Origin: an uncultured candidate division Zixibacteria bacterium
GTDB taxonomy: Bacteria; Zixibacteria; MSB-5A5; UBA10806
DNA length: 64,000 nt
Reading direction: 5' to 3'
NCBI GenBank assembly: GCA_963801605.1
Contig: CAWDFP010000006.1
Location: forward strand, 224,001 to 288,000
Positions within the stretch are counted from its first letter, which is position 1; every line of letters starts with the position of its first letter. This document shows, in pieces, positions 63,087-64,000 of the stretch. The position numbers and the translations under genes were made by a program. The notes below the pieces were generated by a model. It was not told where the DNA came from and made no database searches. It saw only the letters and a program-made list of their open reading frames with translations.

Positions 63087-64000
63087 TCAATGGAGCGGCA
63101 ATTCAACAGTAAATACCGCGCCTCCATCGGGACTGTTTTGCCCTATGAGGCGTCCCTTGTGGTTAGAAATAATCCTGTAACTTGTGGAAAGACCCAGACC
63201 ATGGCCGGTCTTTTTAGTAGTAATATAAGGTTCAAATATTCTTGGAAGTACTTCCTCGGAGATTCCAGGGCCATTATCGGAAACAACAATTTCCATCATG
63301 TCACCCTTGTCCCGACAGGAGATACTGATCCGACCATCACTGGTGTCGCTGTCTTTGATGGAATCAGCGGAGTTCATAAGCAGATTAAGAAGCACTTGAT
63401 GAATCTGTCCCACGTCGATTTCGGCCTTGGGAAGATCAGGGGCCATATCGAGCTCGATTTTAATGCCCTTAAATTTCTGCTGCGGTTTAACAAAGAAAAC
63501 CACATCGTCAACCAGACGCGGCATATCGCAGATAACTTTTCTGGTTTCGAGATTCGAGAAATCCATAAGCCCGGCGGTAAAGCGCTTCATTTTATCGATA
63601 TTGCTTACCATAGCCTCAACTTTTGGCGCCACTTTCTCATAATGTTGATTGGCGATATTGATCGAGAGCAGCTGGGCATTGGATGAAATTGTCGCCAGGT
63701 AATTATTTAGCTCATGGCCTATCGAGGCTGCCATCTCGCCTTTGGCAATCATCTTTTCGGACATTATAAGGTATTGTTCTAAAATGATTTTTTCTGTGAT
63801 ATCCTCAGCGACGATAATTCGTCCATTTAAATCACCTTCCATGTGATCAAATGGCGAGAAGTGCAGTCGTATAAAGATATCGCTGGCGCCGGCTTTAAGT
63901 TTGTGCGATTCAACCTCGACGGTTTTGAGATTGGATTTTCCGATATTATCCCACCAGAATTCGCGCTCGCCTTCCGGTAAAAGGTGAAGGAGGTTCTCTC
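63087..64000 (-). CDS. NtrB-like sensor histidine kinase (PAS-like + HisKA + HATPase), 5' end outside the window
   Basis: ASIGHELNNYL (H box), QVLLNLLMNS (N), DNGPGI (G1), IFEPYITTK (F), GHGLGL (G2); the frame is open to the window edge. Confidence 0.92.
   Translation of the reverse strand, partial: ENLLHLLPEGEREFWWDNIGKSNLKTVEVESHKLKAGASDIFIRLHFSPFDHMEGDLNGRIIVAEDITEKIILEQYLIMSEKMIAKGEMAASIGHELNNYLATISSNAQLLSINIANQHYEKVAPKVEAMVSNIDKMKRFTAGLMDFSNLETRKVICDMPRLVDDVVFFVKPQQKFKGIKIELDMAPDLPKAEIDVGQIHQVLLNLLMNSADSIKDSDTSDGRISISCRDKGDMMEIVVSDNGPGISEEVLPRIFEPYITTKKTGHGLGLSTSYRIISNHKGRLIGQNSPDGGAVFTVELPLH

Noticed and set aside
101..63686. Numerous 60-220 aa ORFs antisense to or overlapping the long genes (e.g. 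11607..12245, 13081..13638, 55638..56312, 63063..63686)
   Set aside because: Shadow ORFs of real genes with no motifs or RBS; used only where they supply the frameshifted part of a real gene.

Overview
Bacterial window (~48% GC) dominated by secreted proteins with T9SS/Por-type C-terminal sorting domains (NYPNPFN...LLK) and dockerin-like modules. This style suggests an FCB-related lineage such as candidate Zixibacteria (inference). Left to right: (1) 1-11085, a tandem array of five LVIVD-repeat secreted paralogs plus an internally deleted sixth copy. (2) 11366-33968, a core/envelope block: DUF4159-DUF4175-TPR operon, DUF2723 membrane glycosyltransferase-like protein, patatin-POTRA-barrel, TrmH methylase, Fe-ADH, M28 peptidase with an inserted beta-propeller, thyX-nrdJ under tandem NrdR boxes, and a GH35-like hydrolase. 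(3) 34254-58752, a 24.5-kb minus-strand cluster of eight secreted proteins that looks like a non-cellulolytic, cellulosome-like system: CTD-bearing cohesin scaffolds plus CTD-less, dockerin-tipped cargo (S8 protease, 2657-aa Ig-repeat protein, 1650-aa Cys-rich protein). It has a sigma54 promoter, orphan Shine-Dalgarno elements at an identical offset upstream of two genes, and a structured leader. (4) An unannotated stand-alone 21-aa peptide gene (MFEIEELEERIAPAGYIGAGS) with a perfect RBS and its own terminator, convergent with a Ser/Thr kinase-TPR gene and an NtrB-like histidine kinase. About a dozen single-base frameshifts, mostly +1 insertions, are probably long-read errors. All family assignments are by eye from motifs; no searches were run.
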